64,000 nucleotides of DNA from Octopus bimaculoides (lineage: Eukaryota), in NCBI RefSeq assembly GCF_001194135.2, contig NC_068981.1, positions 79,162,631 to 79,226,630 of the forward strand, read 5' to 3'. How positions within the stretch are numbered: the first letter of the stretch is position 1; each line of letters starts with the position of its first letter. The position numbers and the translations under genes are program-made. This document shows positions 50,059 through 64,000 of this stretch, piece by piece. The notes below the pieces were generated by a model. It was given only the letters and a program-made list of their open reading frames with translations, was not told where the DNA came from and did not search any database.

Positions 50059-51179
50059 CTAAAAAAGCAACAAGTACAACCATTATTTCTATTTCATCTA
50101 TAGATATATAACATGAAAATTGAACGAAAAGAGTTTTTTTAATCGTAAATGATCTTTTAGGACATAAAAAGTTTCATTTTCAAGTAGTGAAAGGACAAGT
50201 CAACCTGACAAAGCCCATCTCTCTCCAATGTATAAATGATGCTGTGGTGGTGTTATTTTGTGCAAGGTCTACACAGTTGAGGCTCATTTATGTCAAAACC
50301 ATTGCAGATGTGACCATGTGGTCTTTACTTTTGAAAAGTAGTATAGGACTAGATTCTCGAGTCACTTGTTTTTTTAAGGTGTTTGGCAAGTAATTTGATG
50401 AAGATTTGCATACAATTTCTAGCAGAACCAGAGACCATACTCTCTCCTTTTTTTTTTACTATTTTTACTTGTTTCAGTCATTTGACTGTGGCCATGCTGG
50501 AGCACCGCCTTTAGTCGAAGAAGTCGACCACAGGATTTATTGTTTGTAAGCCTAGTACTTATTCTACCAGTCTCTTTTGCTGAACCGCTAAGTTACAGGG
50601 ATGTAAACACGCAAGCATTGGTTGTCAAGCGATGTTGGGAGACAAACACAGACACACAAACATATACACACACACACACACACACATACATATATACGAT
50701 GGGCTTCTTTCAGTTTCCGTCTACCAAATCCACTCACAAGGCTTTGGTCGGCCCGAGACTATAGTAGAAGACACTTGCCTAAGGTGCTACTGTGTGGCAC
50801 CTTGGCCAAGTGTCTTGAACCCAGAACCATGTGGTTGGTAATCAAGCTATTTACCACACAGCCTTACCTTGAACTCAGTGCCATGTGGTTGGTAAGCAAG
50901 CTACTTACCACACAGCCACTCCTGCATCTAGAGGAACTTTCACTGGCTTAATATAGGTTTTGTTAATGGTGCTCTTCATGGTGAAGGTGGCAGTGGTTAT
51001 GGTGGTGATGATATTGTGATTATAACAATATTTGGAGGCAGTTATTTTGATGATGACAGTAGTGGTAACTGAGTTTAACATGTGGAAGTGGGAAACTCAG
51101 GAAGACATGGGATGAAATACTGAAAACAACCTCAGGAAGCTGAACCTTTTAAGTGAGATGACAAAGGATCAAGACACCT

Positions 51180-51715
51180 GGTGCCTGGCTGTACTCAAGA
51201 AGACCCACACTCTGCAGCAGAAGTGTTAAGACTGAGCCTTCTGGTTGTATAAAGCACCCATGGTGGTGTCACATAAAAGCACCTGTGCAGCATCATGTAA
51301 AAGCATCTGTCTAGTGTCATGTAAAAGTGCCTGGGCAGTGTCACGTAAAAGTGCCTGGGCAGTGTCACATAAGAGCGCTCGTTTGGTATCACATAACAAT
51401 GCCCATGTGGCAATACATAAGAGCATTCATGCGGTGTCACGTAAAAGTGTCCGTGTGGCACCACATAAAAGCACCTGTACAATGCCAAGTAAAAGCGATA
51501 TCATGTAAAAGTGCCTGTGCAACGCCACATAAAAGCACCCAAAACACTCCATAAAGTGGTTGGCATTAGGAAGGGCATCCAGCTGTAGAAAACATGCCAA
51601 ATCAGACTGGAGTCTGGTGCAGCACCCCGGCTTGCCAGCTCTGGTCAGACTGTCCAACCCACGCTAGCATGGACAACAGACATTAAACAGTGATGATGGT
51701 GATGATGACCACATA
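51180..51715 (+). repeat. RTE-3'UTR/SINE-type repeat with an internal ~22-bp minisatellite array
   Basis: About ten copies of (G)TGTCACRTAAAAGYRCC at ~51260-51545, then GGTTGGCATTAGGAAGGGCATCC and a (GAT)n tail. Antisense copies at ~19865-20300, 23388-23690, 28345-28700, 30115-30300, 61595-61840. Confidence 0.8.
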
Positions 51716-53546
51716 TATGTCCATTCCTTCCAGAAATTCTTTTGTCTCTTGACTGTATAAATGCAAAATTAAATTTCATAGGTATTCCTGTAATGATGAT
51801 AAATATCTACCAAGAAACAGAATTTGTATGTTTTGCAAGTCATGTTGCTTCAATAAACCTGATATATATATATAATCATGTCCTCCTCAACAAAAGCTAG
51901 ACTAGTATATAAAGCTGTTTTCTGCAGTAAAGGCTAATGAAATTTTGAATGGCTGTCTCTGATTTCTACAGTTAAAAGGTCAAGTCTTTAGCAATGTTAT
52001 GAAAGAGTGACCTTGTGCTGATCAGTTTGGCTGCACCATTGTCACATGTATTACTTTAGCCAATCAGTAACAAGTTAGTAGTCTGTTGAGTTAGTTACCT
52101 TTTGGTCATTTAAACAGAAGTAAAAATGCTGATTGCTCAGGGCACTTTCTTGCAGCCACCAGATAAAGTAGAAATGTTTTCTCCTACATCCTCAGGTTAA
52201 GCAATGCTGTGAGAGTTAAAGTTGGCAGATGGCAACTGCATGAAAGCACACACACACACGTGTGCATGTGTCTGTGTGAGTGTGTTGTGTGTGATTTTTG
52301 TTTTTACATTTATACTTAAGCAGCTGTTGCTGTTTAGTTATGTTCCATAATGTAGTGGTTCAGCAAATAATACCAAATAAAATAGTGCCCAACTCAAAAA
52401 CACAAGCAGTGGGATCAATATGATCCTTTGTAGACAGTGCCCCCTCCTGGCTGTAGTCCAATAGGTTAAACCAGCAAAAGAACAAATAGAAAGGAATAAA
52501 TCTCCTTTGCAAACAACATTGTATTCTTGTCTTTTGCATATTGCTTCACCTGTCAAGTCTCTACTTGTAGATATTTCATCTTCTCTAAAGTAAACAATTT
52601 GTCACAGAGCTGACATGCATTCTTCAAACTATGTCACAACAATCTAGAAATCATCAGCCTTCCATCTGGACATTCTCATGCATGCACAGGTATGTATGTA
52701 TCCTAAGCTACTACTTATAATCTTTAATACTGGTTATTATATACGTATGTGGGAGGGTATTGTATGGCTAAGAAGTTCGCTTCTTAACCAAATGGTCTGG
52801 GTTCACTTCTACTGCACAGTACTATAAATCACACAAGAATTTTGAAATGAAAAATTGCAGTTTTCTTTGACTAATTTTCATCACTAATTACAAGTAGTGA
52901 TTTTCAATTTTTCTCATTAGCCCCCAAGCGAACCAAAGCCTTGTGACTAGATATGATAAACAAAATCTGAAAGTAGATTGAAAAATACATTCCCAATATG
53001 TCATGCAATGTAATTGAATATAAGTACTCATGATTGCAATGCAAACTTCTAAACTACTTTGACATGCATGCATTCATGCATGTTTGAATCATCATCATTT
53101 TAATGTCCTCTTCTCCATACTTGCATGGGTCGAATGGAGTTTACTGAGACAGATTTTCTAAGGCTGGATGCCATTACTGTCACCAATCCTCACCTGTTTG
53201 TTACCAAGCTAGGTTATATTTCCCCATGGCCTGACATATTTCCATAAAATATTGGAAATGAATGACACTGCTTATAAGACAGTGATACTCAGTTACAACT
53301 ATCATGTGATGCCAAGACAAAGAGACATAAGCATACATACATGCATATCCAACCACATACACATATAGACATATGTGTGTATATGACAGGCTTCTTCAGT
53401 TTCTATCTAACAAATCCACTAACATGACTTTTGTCAGTCTGGAGCCATAGTAGAAAACACTTGTCCAAGATGCTGTGCAGTGAGACTGAACCAGTAACCA
53501 TGTGGCTGGGAAGCAAACTTCATAACCACACAGTCATACCTGTGCT

Positions 53547-53615
<69 letters not shown>

Positions 53616-54029
53616 CATCATTAGTTTGCTTTACCCTTTTTTCTTTGCTAGCATGACAGGCATCATTTAGGCCTTATTGAACATACTGATGCTCTTCCTG
53701 TTGCTCACCCATACCTTTTTTCAAGTGAAGATGATTTGTTGACAAGAGAATTAGGAACAATATTACTACTTCTATCTCAACAATTTGCAGATGAGTGCAA
53801 ATGTAAACAAACATACAGACATGCACACACACATTCCATGCATGGTTACCATGCAATCTGAACAAAATAGACAAATTCAAGAACATTATCTCAAGTACCC
53901 TTCTATCACTGCCAGTTTGCTAGCACAATAGCAGGTTACATGTGGAAACAGATTTCTTTACTACATCATCACTGGCAATGAAAATGGAGTCTTTAGATCA
54001 ATATGAAGCAGAGAAAAGATTGACTCTTC

Positions 54030-54195
54030 AACAGTCTGTAAGGTGTCACATTCAACAACGATGTGGAACTGAACATGGCACAATGAATTCTTCAAGTCAA
54101 GGCCCAGTGATTTCTACCATCAAGGTATTCACAAGCTAGTGGATCATTGGAAAGAACTCATGAACAATAAAGGGGAATATATTACTAACTGATTT
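54030..54195 (+). mobile_element. Mariner transposase C-terminal fragment
   Basis: FYHQGIHKLVDHWKELMNNKGEYITN*. Confidence 0.6.
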
Positions 54196-55819
54196 GTTAA
54201 AATAATCAACGAAAAATAAGGATTAAAATAAATGAATAAAAAAATGAATGAGTTTATCTGGACAATCCAATGCATATTTTAAAGTAAGAAGTATATCAGA
54301 AATTTAGATTGCAAATATATTAAACATTTGATTATACAAGGGTGTATGTATATTTACACGTTCATCTTTGTAACATCATACAGACAATATTTCTAAATTT
54401 TTTATATATTTCTTGTTTCAAAAATATTTCCTCATATTTTACAATTTATTTCCTATCCACTCCCTTATCTCCTTTAATTCCTTTCAAGATGAAAGCAGCA
54501 GATAAATTGTTGCAACAAACAGGGCTCTTTCCTCTTTTTTATGGAGTAAAACAAGTTGTATGACACATATATGTGAAATACTTCAGCCTGACCAGCATTA
54601 ATTTTGAAGTTATGAACACACTTGATGTAAAAAAAAAAAAAAAAATGAAAACATTAACTATGAGAAAAATAAGAACAAACATTATCAATACTTTCCTCAA
54701 GTATTTCCTATTAAACTATTACTTTTATTTATTTATTTTGACAATCATATAATACACTCTTTAAACTCATAGTTTAATGCAAAGATTATATTTCTGTATA
54801 ATAAGATAATCTTTTAATATGACCTTTTTTAATAGGTTGGTATTTCAGTTATATAGGTTTGGCCATATGGCTGAAACCAGTAAAAGAATAAAAGAATAGA
54901 TTACTTATTCCCTTCTGAAACACAAATTCTTTTGCATGTAGCTTATAGCCATGCTGCATTGAAAACATCAGCTCTTACGCAACCACTACGGTAATCGATG
55001 CCAATATTGGGTAAATGCTTAGGAAATGAGTAACTGCTTGGAAAGACTTGTAAGAATCTTTTAAGTGGAGCACTACAAGGTGGTGTTAAGCTCCAGACAA
55101 AACTGAGTCTGTATTGTGAGTTCAATTTCGGATCGAGGTATTTTCCATTATTTAGAGCTTTACCTGTAATTTCCAACTACAGACAATATCTCAGACAGTG
55201 GGGTACAACCTTCAAAGCAGAGATGTCTTTCACATAGATCAGAGAAACACAGTATTTCTGTGGAAAAATTTGCATAATGGAAAGACTGTATCTAACAGAA
55301 TATTAAATCCTATCTTTTGGTTGGATACTAATCTGTTGCAGACAATAATACCTGATAACTTGCTGTCTATTTTCAATAATTGAATAATATGAAGGACACA
55401 TAAGTACAGTTAAACAAAACAGCACAAAATACCTGCAAGAGATTTGAACTCAAGACCTACAAGCTGTTAATACCAATATCTAGTCCACTAAACCATTTCA
55501 CTTCTGATGCAAACCAATAAGTTACGGCACACACACTCATAGCTCTTTGTTTATGTAGATTTAGTTAAATGCAGAAAATTTACTTGTAAAAGCAAAGTTA
55601 TTATTTAGCTTCTGGTCAAAAGCATTTCAGCCATGACCATTCCAATTTATATATATATATATCATGAAATCTATTAAGTCTATCCTTCTTTACTAAAAAC
55701 CATATGGTTCTGGGCTCAGTCCCATTGCATGGCACCAAGGACAAGTGTCTTCTACTATCGTCTCAAACTGACAAAAGCCTTGTGAGTGGATTTGGTAGAT
55801 GGAAACTGAAAGAAGCCTG

Positions 55820-55912
<93 letters not shown>

Positions 55913-57666
55913 CATGTGTGTGTGTGTATGTCCTGCCATCGCTTGGCAACTGAAGTTGGTGTGTTTACATCCCTGAAACCTAGCGGTTTGGCAAAAGAGA
56001 CTGACAGAATAAGTTTCAGGCTTAAAAGAAAAACAAGTACTGGGCTTGATTCATTCAACTAAAAATTCTTCAAGTCAGTACCCCAGCATGACCACAGTCT
56101 AATGACTAAAACAAGTAAAGGTGAAGGATAAAGGATAATTTAAATGAGATTCAGTTGCTATTTCTAGTAAGTCAAGCAACCTCTTAGAGGTTCACTCTTT
56201 GCTTCATGGTGCTTGAATTAGAATAAACAATCTCTTAGTCTACATACTTCTTAAACTAAAAGTAGAATTATTGTCACTGAATCCCAATTAGCCTTGATCA
56301 AGCTTGACTTTATGATAAAAGGCAATCCATCCTGGATTTTATATCATGAAATCTTATTAAGTCTAATCCTTCTTTACTTTTGCCTTTTCTGTATATTTAA
56401 GACTATATTATTCAATGTGTCCTTCCTGTTTGAAGATGGCTCAATGTTACTCAAGAGATTTTAGCTGCTATTACTAGCAAAATGAGTGACCATATAGATG
56501 CTCCCCTTGTCAGTGCTTTATGAAGGTATTTGGTTATCATTTTATTTCACCAAAATAGACATTTGGACATTTTGTACTAATTAAAATAGCAATTTCAGAT
56601 TTTGACAATGTTAGAGGAAGGATGTTAGTCAATGGCATTGACCACAGTGCTCAACTGGAACGCATTCTATTGACCCCAAAAGAATGGAAGGCAAAGGTGA
56701 CATGGCAGAATTTGAACTCAGAATGTGAAGATCCAGAAGAAATGGCAACAAACATTTTGTCTGACATAGTAACAATTCTGCCAGCTCACTGGTGTATTAA
56801 TTGAAGTTATTCAGATAATTAATTAATATTTTTATCCAATCATATAATTAATTATTTCTAGTTAACTTTTAAATGCTTTCTGTGTTAAATATATTAACAC
56901 TAACTCTTTTACTTGTTTCAGTCATTTGACTACGGCCATGCTGGAGCACCGCCTTAAGTCGAGAAAATCAACCCCAGGACTTATTCTTTGTAAGCTTAGT
57001 GCTTAATCTATCGGTCTCTTTTTCCGAACCACTAAGTTACGGGGACGTAAACACACCAGCATCGGTTGTCAAGCGATGCTGGGGGGGCAAACACAGACAC
57101 ACAAACACATATATATATATANNNNNNNNNNTCCATCTACCAAATCCACTCACAAGGCTTTGGTCGGCCCGAGGCTATATTAGAAGACACTTGCCCAAGG
57201 TGCCATGCAGTGGGACTGAACCCGGAACCATGTGGCTGGTAAGCAAGCTACTTACCACACAGCCACTCAAATGGGGTCATAACTCCAAAATATTGAATAC
57301 AAGGTAAGTCTACATTAATTCATATATTTGTTTTCTTGTGATTTACTTTGCATTTACTTTGCATTATTTTGGCCTTACCCACGATCCTTTATACACTATT
57401 AAATTTATCTAGTCTGGTGCTTTACTAAAATTTCATAGGGATTGGATTTGTCAGTCATTTTTATCTGAGTTTACAATACTAGATCGTTGTTGGTCTACTA
57501 TATTTCTGTTATATACCTTACCATGCATATATACATTTTGTGAGTAGGTTTTCTAACTGATGGGAATGGGGATATGCAACCCAAGGGTTCCATGAAAGAC
57601 TATTTGGGGTTCCAAGAATTACATGCAAATGCATTTTCCAGTCACTTTTGTGTGAGTTTAACTTAG

Positions 57667-57875
57667 CTTTTACCTTTTACTTGTTTCAGTCATTTGACTA
57701 TGGCCATACTAGGGCACCATCTAGAAGAATTTTAGTTGAATAAATCAACCCCAGTATCACTTTTTAAAGCTGAGTACTTATTTTATCGATCTCTTTGGCC
57801 AAACCACTAAGTTACAGGGATATAAACACATCAACACCAGCTGCCAAGCGGTAGTGGAGGTACAAACACCTATAT

Positions 57876-57922
<47 letters not shown>

Positions 57923-58088
57923 ACAGGCTTCTTTCAGTTTCCATCTACCATATCCACTCACAAGGCTTCAGTAGCCCCCAAGGCTATAGTAGAAGATACT
58001 TGCCCAAGGTGCCGCACAATGGGACTGAACCCAGAACCATGTGGTTGAAAAGCAAGCTTCTTACCACACAGCCATGCCTGCACCTATA
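57667..58088 (-). mobile_element. Full-length tRNA-derived SINE with internal (TA)n
   Basis: Head TATAGGTGCAGGCATGGCTGTGTGG (A box) ...GGTTCAGTCCC (B box), tail ...AAATGACTGAAACAAGTAAAAG. Family copies also at ~22230-22480, 23740-24350, 36820-36985, 41270-41420, 48365-48520, 50460-50925, 53390-53545, 55700-56120, 56905-57270, 62230-62530. Confidence 0.85.
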
Positions 58089-58089
58089 G

Positions 58090-58196
58090 AAAAATATGGA
58101 ACACTTCATGAATTTGCATGTCGTCCATGCACAGGGGCCATGCTAATCTTCTCTGTATCATTCCAATTTTAGCATATGTACTGCCGAAGCAAGTAC
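58090..58196 (-). pseudogene. U6: U6 snRNA full-length copy, probably a retro-pseudogene
   Basis: The reverse complement GTACTTGCTTCGGCAGTACATATGCTAAAATTGGAATGATACAGAGAAGATTAGCATGGCCCCTGTGCATGGACGACATGCAAATTCATGAAGTGTTCCATATTTTT matches U6 end to end (5' UUCG stem-loop, ACAGAGA box, AGC, 3' T tract). Five CpG transitions relative to the vertebrate U6 sequence I recall indicate decay. Confidence 0.93.
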
Positions 58197-59076
58197 ATAT
58201 ACTATATTTGTAATTTTAATAAGAAACACATGGCATGTTCCCTAAAGAAGAGAAACTCTGGTGTACACATATAGTAAGGTGATCCTACAGGGAAAAATGA
58301 TCTCTTAATGGAGAATTATAGGGGAAGTCGGAATAAAAGTAGTTTCCTTAAGATGAAATTTCCTAAACCTGTCAAAGATAATTTTATATTTTAATCTCTT
58401 AGGAAATTAAATCTATGAAAAAGAAAAGAAAAGATTGATAAATATGTATCAGTTTTATGTAGGGGTTCCTTGTAGTATAAAATGTATTTCACAGGTTTCC
58501 CAAGAGTAAAAATCTTGAGAAAAGCTAAATCAAATGCATACACTGTATGTATGTATATACTTTCTGACCAGAAGTTATAGAAATAACACGAAATACTGAT
58601 TTTTTTTTATTTATATATATAAATAGGCCTTTGTTTAAAAATTAAAAAAAAAGAGATATGAAAATGTGTGCCATTTATGTCTTTCTCAATGGCACTAGTA
58701 TCATGTAAAATAACTACAGCTGGTAAGTTAAACTAGGTTGTAGACAACTTGCTAACAGCTTACTTTGACTCAATGGTTACATTAGTTATTTAGCCTCTCA
58801 AATTTATTGAGGGAGACATAATGGATGTTAGAGTGTTTAAGCTTTTCTAAAGAGCATTAGAATCACTACAAGTGGTATGAAATTGTTTTAACTAGGAACT
58901 GAAACCAAGTCATATATTCAGGTCATGCACATGGATCATTATAACTATTATTCTAAAGATACAATGGAATAAGTTTTCACTTCAATTTATTTATTTATTT
59001 TAAAATATTTTTTAGTCGTTATTGCCTGACATAAAAATATATAAAAGGACAAAGTCAGATAGAGAGACAGATATAC

Positions 59077-59111
<35 letters not shown>

Positions 59112-61112
59112 TATTGATACATTACTAGATAAATAGACAGATGATGATGATACTTAACTATCCTGGATTTTAAAATTGAACAAATCAATGATAACAAACA
59201 AAATTATTTCAGGTAATAAAGGCTGCTAACACATCAGTTAAACATGAACATAACGATTATTTCAACTTTATCACTAACATATCAATGCCAACATTTGCTG
59301 TCTCTTTCACTCTTTTCTTTTCTGTCTACTTTTTATTTTTATGTTAGTACTGTCTGCAAGCCTATCTACACAATTTGCAAGTTGTCAGTCATAAGTCTTT
59401 TGAATGTATTATATATTTTACTGCAACCTTGTCTCTGGTCAGCTTATAACTTATTACTAGCCACCAACTTCATGGTGTTCAGTTGCCCAATTCTCATTTA
59501 ACAGTTCTTATCATACCATTACATTTTGTTACAATTATTTTTAGTAACCAGATATGAACGCCTAATTTCACTCATCGTTACAGCTAATTCTCTTTTGTTG
59601 TATTTTATAAATTTATTGCAATTTTCTATTTTCAATAGCCAAATATTTTATTTTAACTTTAATAAATATAATTCACCGCTAAGACTTCTTTCTATTCTTT
59701 TTTAACAAGTAGCTGAAATCTTTTTGATACTAATAGAAATATTTGTGTTAGCATTTGAAATTCTTTTGCTCTCTTCTTTCAGAAAACAGGTTCCAACAAC
59801 TTTCTTTTCTTATTCCACCAATGCTGCTGGCATAAAATCCTATAACTTGGAGAGAATCATTAGCATGGCACACCTCTTGAAGATTTTCTACTTACATAGT
59901 TTATTGAAAGAAAAACATACTGTTACATACAGCCTATCTTTCTATCCAAGATGCTCCCACAGATGGTACCAAAGTATTTGGTGACCTTAGGCTAGCCCTA
60001 CAATGTGTGTCTCCTTTTCTCAGCCCTACAGTGAGCACTTTTTTCTCCCAAATGTACAATGTAGGCCCTGTTCTTTCATTCCTACAATGTACATCCTCTT
60101 TTCAAAGATCTACACGAAGTAGTCCCTTCTGCCACTCCTACTCTGTGTGCCCCTCTCCTTATTTCAATTCTACAATGTACAGTTCTTTCTCCCTACTAAA
60201 ATGTATACCCTCTTCACCAATTTATTTTCTCCAGTCATCACTCTTTTTACTCCAGTTGAAAAATGTCAAAAAGTTATAATTTATGTCACCAAATAAATCT
60301 GTCAGCTGCCAATATTTGTAGAGATATGTCCTATCTTCCACATGATGCTCTCATCTCCTACCTACCCCAATCCCTCTCTGTGTATGTTGTTTAGAATTTG
60401 AATGGTGCCACTAGGTTTTACCATTAGGCAATTGCCTAATCTGCCTAGTGCAAGCACCAGCCCTGGCTGTAACTCCAGTTAACTTTCCAGAAACCAATCC
60501 AACCAGCAAGCTGCTCAACCAATATTAGATTGCATTCCACTTCTGTAACAAAGACCAAACTTATCCAGAATGGTTACTTACCTACCTAATCTATGTGACC
60601 ATCACCAAAAGTCACAGGTGATAATACCGATTTCAAGTTTTCCACAATACCAGCAGGTTTGAAGGAGGGGGTAAGTTGGTTAAATTGACCTCCTTGTTCA
60701 AATGGTATTCATTTTATCAACCCCCCACCCACTCACCCACCCAAAGGACAAAAGGCAAAGCCAGCCCTGGGAGCATTTGAACTCAGAACATGAAAATGGA
60801 GCAAATGTTGCTAAGCATTTTGCCCAGTGTGCTAACAATTCTGTCAGCTCACAGCCTTAACACAAATGATAAGATTGGTATTTGTTTAACTGAACACAAA
60901 AAGAGAAATGTGAAGTGTTAAACTAATAACTATAATGCATTTGCATTCTTTTTCTTCTCCCTTTGTACAGTTTCAATCATAAATTTTGGCAATCATACAA
61001 CAAATCCAGGTCACCATCGAAACATTTTATTTTTTAAATAAAATATGCAAGCAGGCTTAATATCAGTCATTCTCTTAATAAGTATGTTAATGCTAATAGA
61101 TTAATCTATCAT

Positions 61113-61189
<77 letters not shown>

Positions 61190-63413
61190 TTGCACACACA
61201 TATACACATAGTTTGATATATATGTATAGAAGTTCAATGCACCTATTTTCATGAATACATATTCAACAAGCCATAAATGGAAGATGACCTAACAATGTTA
61301 TGCAATATACACCAAATTTCTCTTTCAGACACATCAGGAACATTAATATGACAGGAAAAGATACATCGTGGACATGGTTCTAACTGCTAATCATAGCAAG
61401 TCAGAGATTATCAACTTCTTGAATGTAACCAGTTTCTTTCTGCTCAAGGCTAGAAAAGAACTGAAGGCCTCTAATGGAAACATACCATTCACGGCTTCTC
61501 AACAATCAAATATGATCAGAATGTTGAATTCATCCTGCAGGCCCATACTATATACCCAGGCTGACCAAAGCCTTGTAAGTGGATTTCATCATCATCATCG
61601 TCGTCATCGTTTAACATCCACCTTCCATGCTGGCATGGGTGGGATGGTTTGACAGGATCTGGCCAGGCAGAAGCCTGCACCAGACTTGTGTGTCTGTTTT
61701 GGCAGGATTTTTACAGCTGGATCCCCTTCCTAACACCAACCACACATCTTAGTGCTTTTTATGTGGCACAAGCACAGGCAAGGTTAATTTTGGACAGGTT
61801 TTTTTTACAGTTGGATGTCCTTCCAAATGTCAACCACTAATAGATGGAAATTGAAAGAAGCCCATTGTGTGTGCATGCGTGTGTGGGTGTGTGGTAAGAA
61901 GTTTGATTCCCAGTTACATGGTTCTCCATTCAGTCCTACTGCATGGCACCTTGAGCATGTGTCTTCTACTATAGCCTCAGGCTGACCAGAGAATTGTTAG
62001 AGTTTTTCCATACAGTTTCCGTGAACCAATTCTACTCATGAGGAATTGGTTGGACTGAGGCTACATAGTAGAAGATACTTTCCAAGAAGCCATATGGTGA
62101 AACAGAATCCAAAAAGAGATATTTATGAAGCAACCTCCATATCGACATTGTCAAACATGGGCAGGTAGTTGTTTTTGGGTTTTAGCTGACAGCAATGGAA
62201 AACTCTTATAAGAAAACCTTAATACATATATCTTTTACTTGTTTCAGTCATGAGACTGTGGTCATGCTGGAGTACCATCTTGAAGAATCTTTTAGTTGAA
62301 TGAATCAACCACTGCACTTTTTTCTTAAGCCTGGTACTTATTCTGTCGGTTTTTTTTTGGTTTTTTTTGCTGAACAGGGATGTACAAACAACAATACCAG
62401 TTGTTAAGCGGTGGTAGGGGACAAACACAAACACACACACATATATGATGAGCTTCTTCCAGTTTCCATCTACCAAATCCACATACAAGGCTATAGTAGA
62501 AGACACTTGCATGAGGTGCCACAGACATGCAGTAAAACTCCTTGAAGAAGAAACACTCAAAAATCAAACTTCTCCTGACCCATGAGTACCCTTTTATTGG
62601 ATATGACAAGGAAAAGCCTATGATCTGTAACTACTTACCTTTGGCTGGATATTTGACTAAGAACACTTAAAGAATAACATATATGTTGTTCAAGTTTATG
62701 TCACAATAATCCATTGATTTACAAATGTCTCATCAACTAATTCAGCAAACAGAGCTTGAGTGAACAATGAATAATTCATTATATATATATATNNNNNNNN
62801 NNACTCCCAATAAATTTGTTGAGTGCCCTTCTTTTGTTTGTCCACTCACTTGCGTATGTGTGTGTATGTATGTATATATATATGCAGATATGTCTATACA
62901 CATATAGTAAATACTCACATACATAAAAACGTATACGCATGTACACATGCATGCATACATACATGCATACATACATTCATACATACATAAACACAAATAT
63001 ATCATGAAATAACTGTTACTTCCTCAGATGCAGCACAAAGTTTTGTCAGTGAACAGGTCACAGTTTCAAAGCAATGAAAATATTTTGACAAATTAAATTT
63101 AAATGTTGAAGTGAAACTAACAGTTTTTGTATGTTCTTAAATGGCTTACAAACATCTTCCACAATGCAATTGTATATATATATATATATATATNNNNNNN
63201 NNNNNNNNNNNNNNNNNNNNNNNNNNNNNNNNNNNNNNNNNNNNNNNNNNNNNNNNNNNNNNNNNNNNNNNNNNNNNNNNNNNNNNNNNNNNNNNNNNNN
63301 NNNNNNNNNNNNNNNNNNNNNNNNNNNNNNNNNNNNNNNNNNNNNNNNNNNNNNNTATATATATATATATACAGTTAAGAGTACATGTGTCTATGTATGT
63401 GTACATGTATATA

Positions 63414-64000
63414 CAGCGTGCAGTGAATAAATTGTCATTTAAATTATGCAAAAATGAAAATAACACTGACAACTCATTTTAACAGATATATTGACCAGAA
63501 TTACATAAAAATATCTTGAAATACCAAAGAGTAAATTTATTCAATAAAATTGCCATTGGCTTCAATCATGGCCTCCAGACAACTTTGCAATCTCCTACAG
63601 CTCTTCTGGATGGTCTATTTATTTAAGTTGGTGAATCCTGCCATAATCCTTGCCTTCAGTTCATCTTTGGTGTTACAAGGAGTTTTATTGGTCTCTCACT
63701 CAACTGCAGCCCATGCATAATAATCAAGGGGATTCCAGTCTGGGGAGTTAGGTAGCCAGATGTTATGGGGTGATGTGGTTACAGAAATTGTCTGATAGCC
63801 ATGACTGGGTTCTCCTGCTTGTGTGGTATGGTGCAGAATCCTGTTGCCAGACATAGGGTCTTCTAGCAGCCACTCTCTTTACCCAGGGCAGCACTACCTT
63901 CTCCAGGCACTTGATGTAGGCCTCCATGTTGAGTCTGAGGCCATGTGGGAAGATGAATGGAGGCATAACATTGCCATCACTAGTGATCACTCCAAACAGC
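63414..64000 (-). mobile_element. maT/mori-type (DD37D) Tc1-mariner element, runs off the window
   Basis: WQQDSAPYH...SPDWNPLD with ~37-residue D-D spacing; TA-CAGCGTG TIR-like end at ~63412. Confidence 0.8.

Noticed and set aside
51260-51545. Regular ~22-bp repeat array resembling a CRISPR array
   Set aside because: The units are contiguous with no unique spacers, lie inside a retroelement UTR, and the DNA is eukaryotic with no cas genes.
58197-58230. TATTAAAA upstream of U6 as a Pol III TATA box
   Set aside because: It sits at about -25 to -18 rather than near -30, in AT-rich DNA, with no recognisable PSE; the CpG-decayed body argues for a pseudogene.
62620-62680. Minus-strand GTAAGT donors as possible upstream TMEM164 exons (also ~59890, ~60577, ~55163)
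   Set aside because: None translates to TMEM164 N-terminal motifs (GGVD, LLNPCH).

Overview
AT-rich, repeat-dense animal DNA with 8 assembly gaps (4697-5390, 6478-6487, 10570-11518, 22024-22033, 29897-30114, 57122-57131, 62793-62802, 63194-63355). The SINE families and microsatellite load suggest a coleoid cephalopod, most likely Octopus (inference). The one clear host gene is a minus-strand TMEM164 ortholog. Four coding exons with canonical splice sites and consistent phases were reconstructed (49942-50058, 47027-47105, 37287-37387, 26491-26907); I could not find its N-terminal exon(s) in this window. The rest is mostly decayed mobile DNA: REL-endonuclease (R4/Dong-like) LINE fragments, RTE and CR1-type LINE fragments, an internally deleted Helitron, several mariner/maT elements, a hAT fragment, a Penelope-like GIY-YIG remnant, and many tRNA-derived SINEs. 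The most notable observations are: (1) three type I hammerhead ribozyme motifs, one in a 331-bp-period retrozyme-like 1.3-mer at 22.9-23.4 kb and two in a ~310-bp-arm inverted repeat in a TMEM164 intron at 43.8-44.7 kb; (2) a full-length U6 snRNA copy fused to the 5' end of a full-length SINE; (3) a CpG-retaining intronic island with spliceable exons encoding a small hydrophobic protein, either a nested gene or an alternative TMEM164 C-terminus. Most ORFs in the supplied track are microsatellite, gap or antisense-to-TE artefacts. Repeat boundaries are approximate unless a TIR or splice site is quoted.
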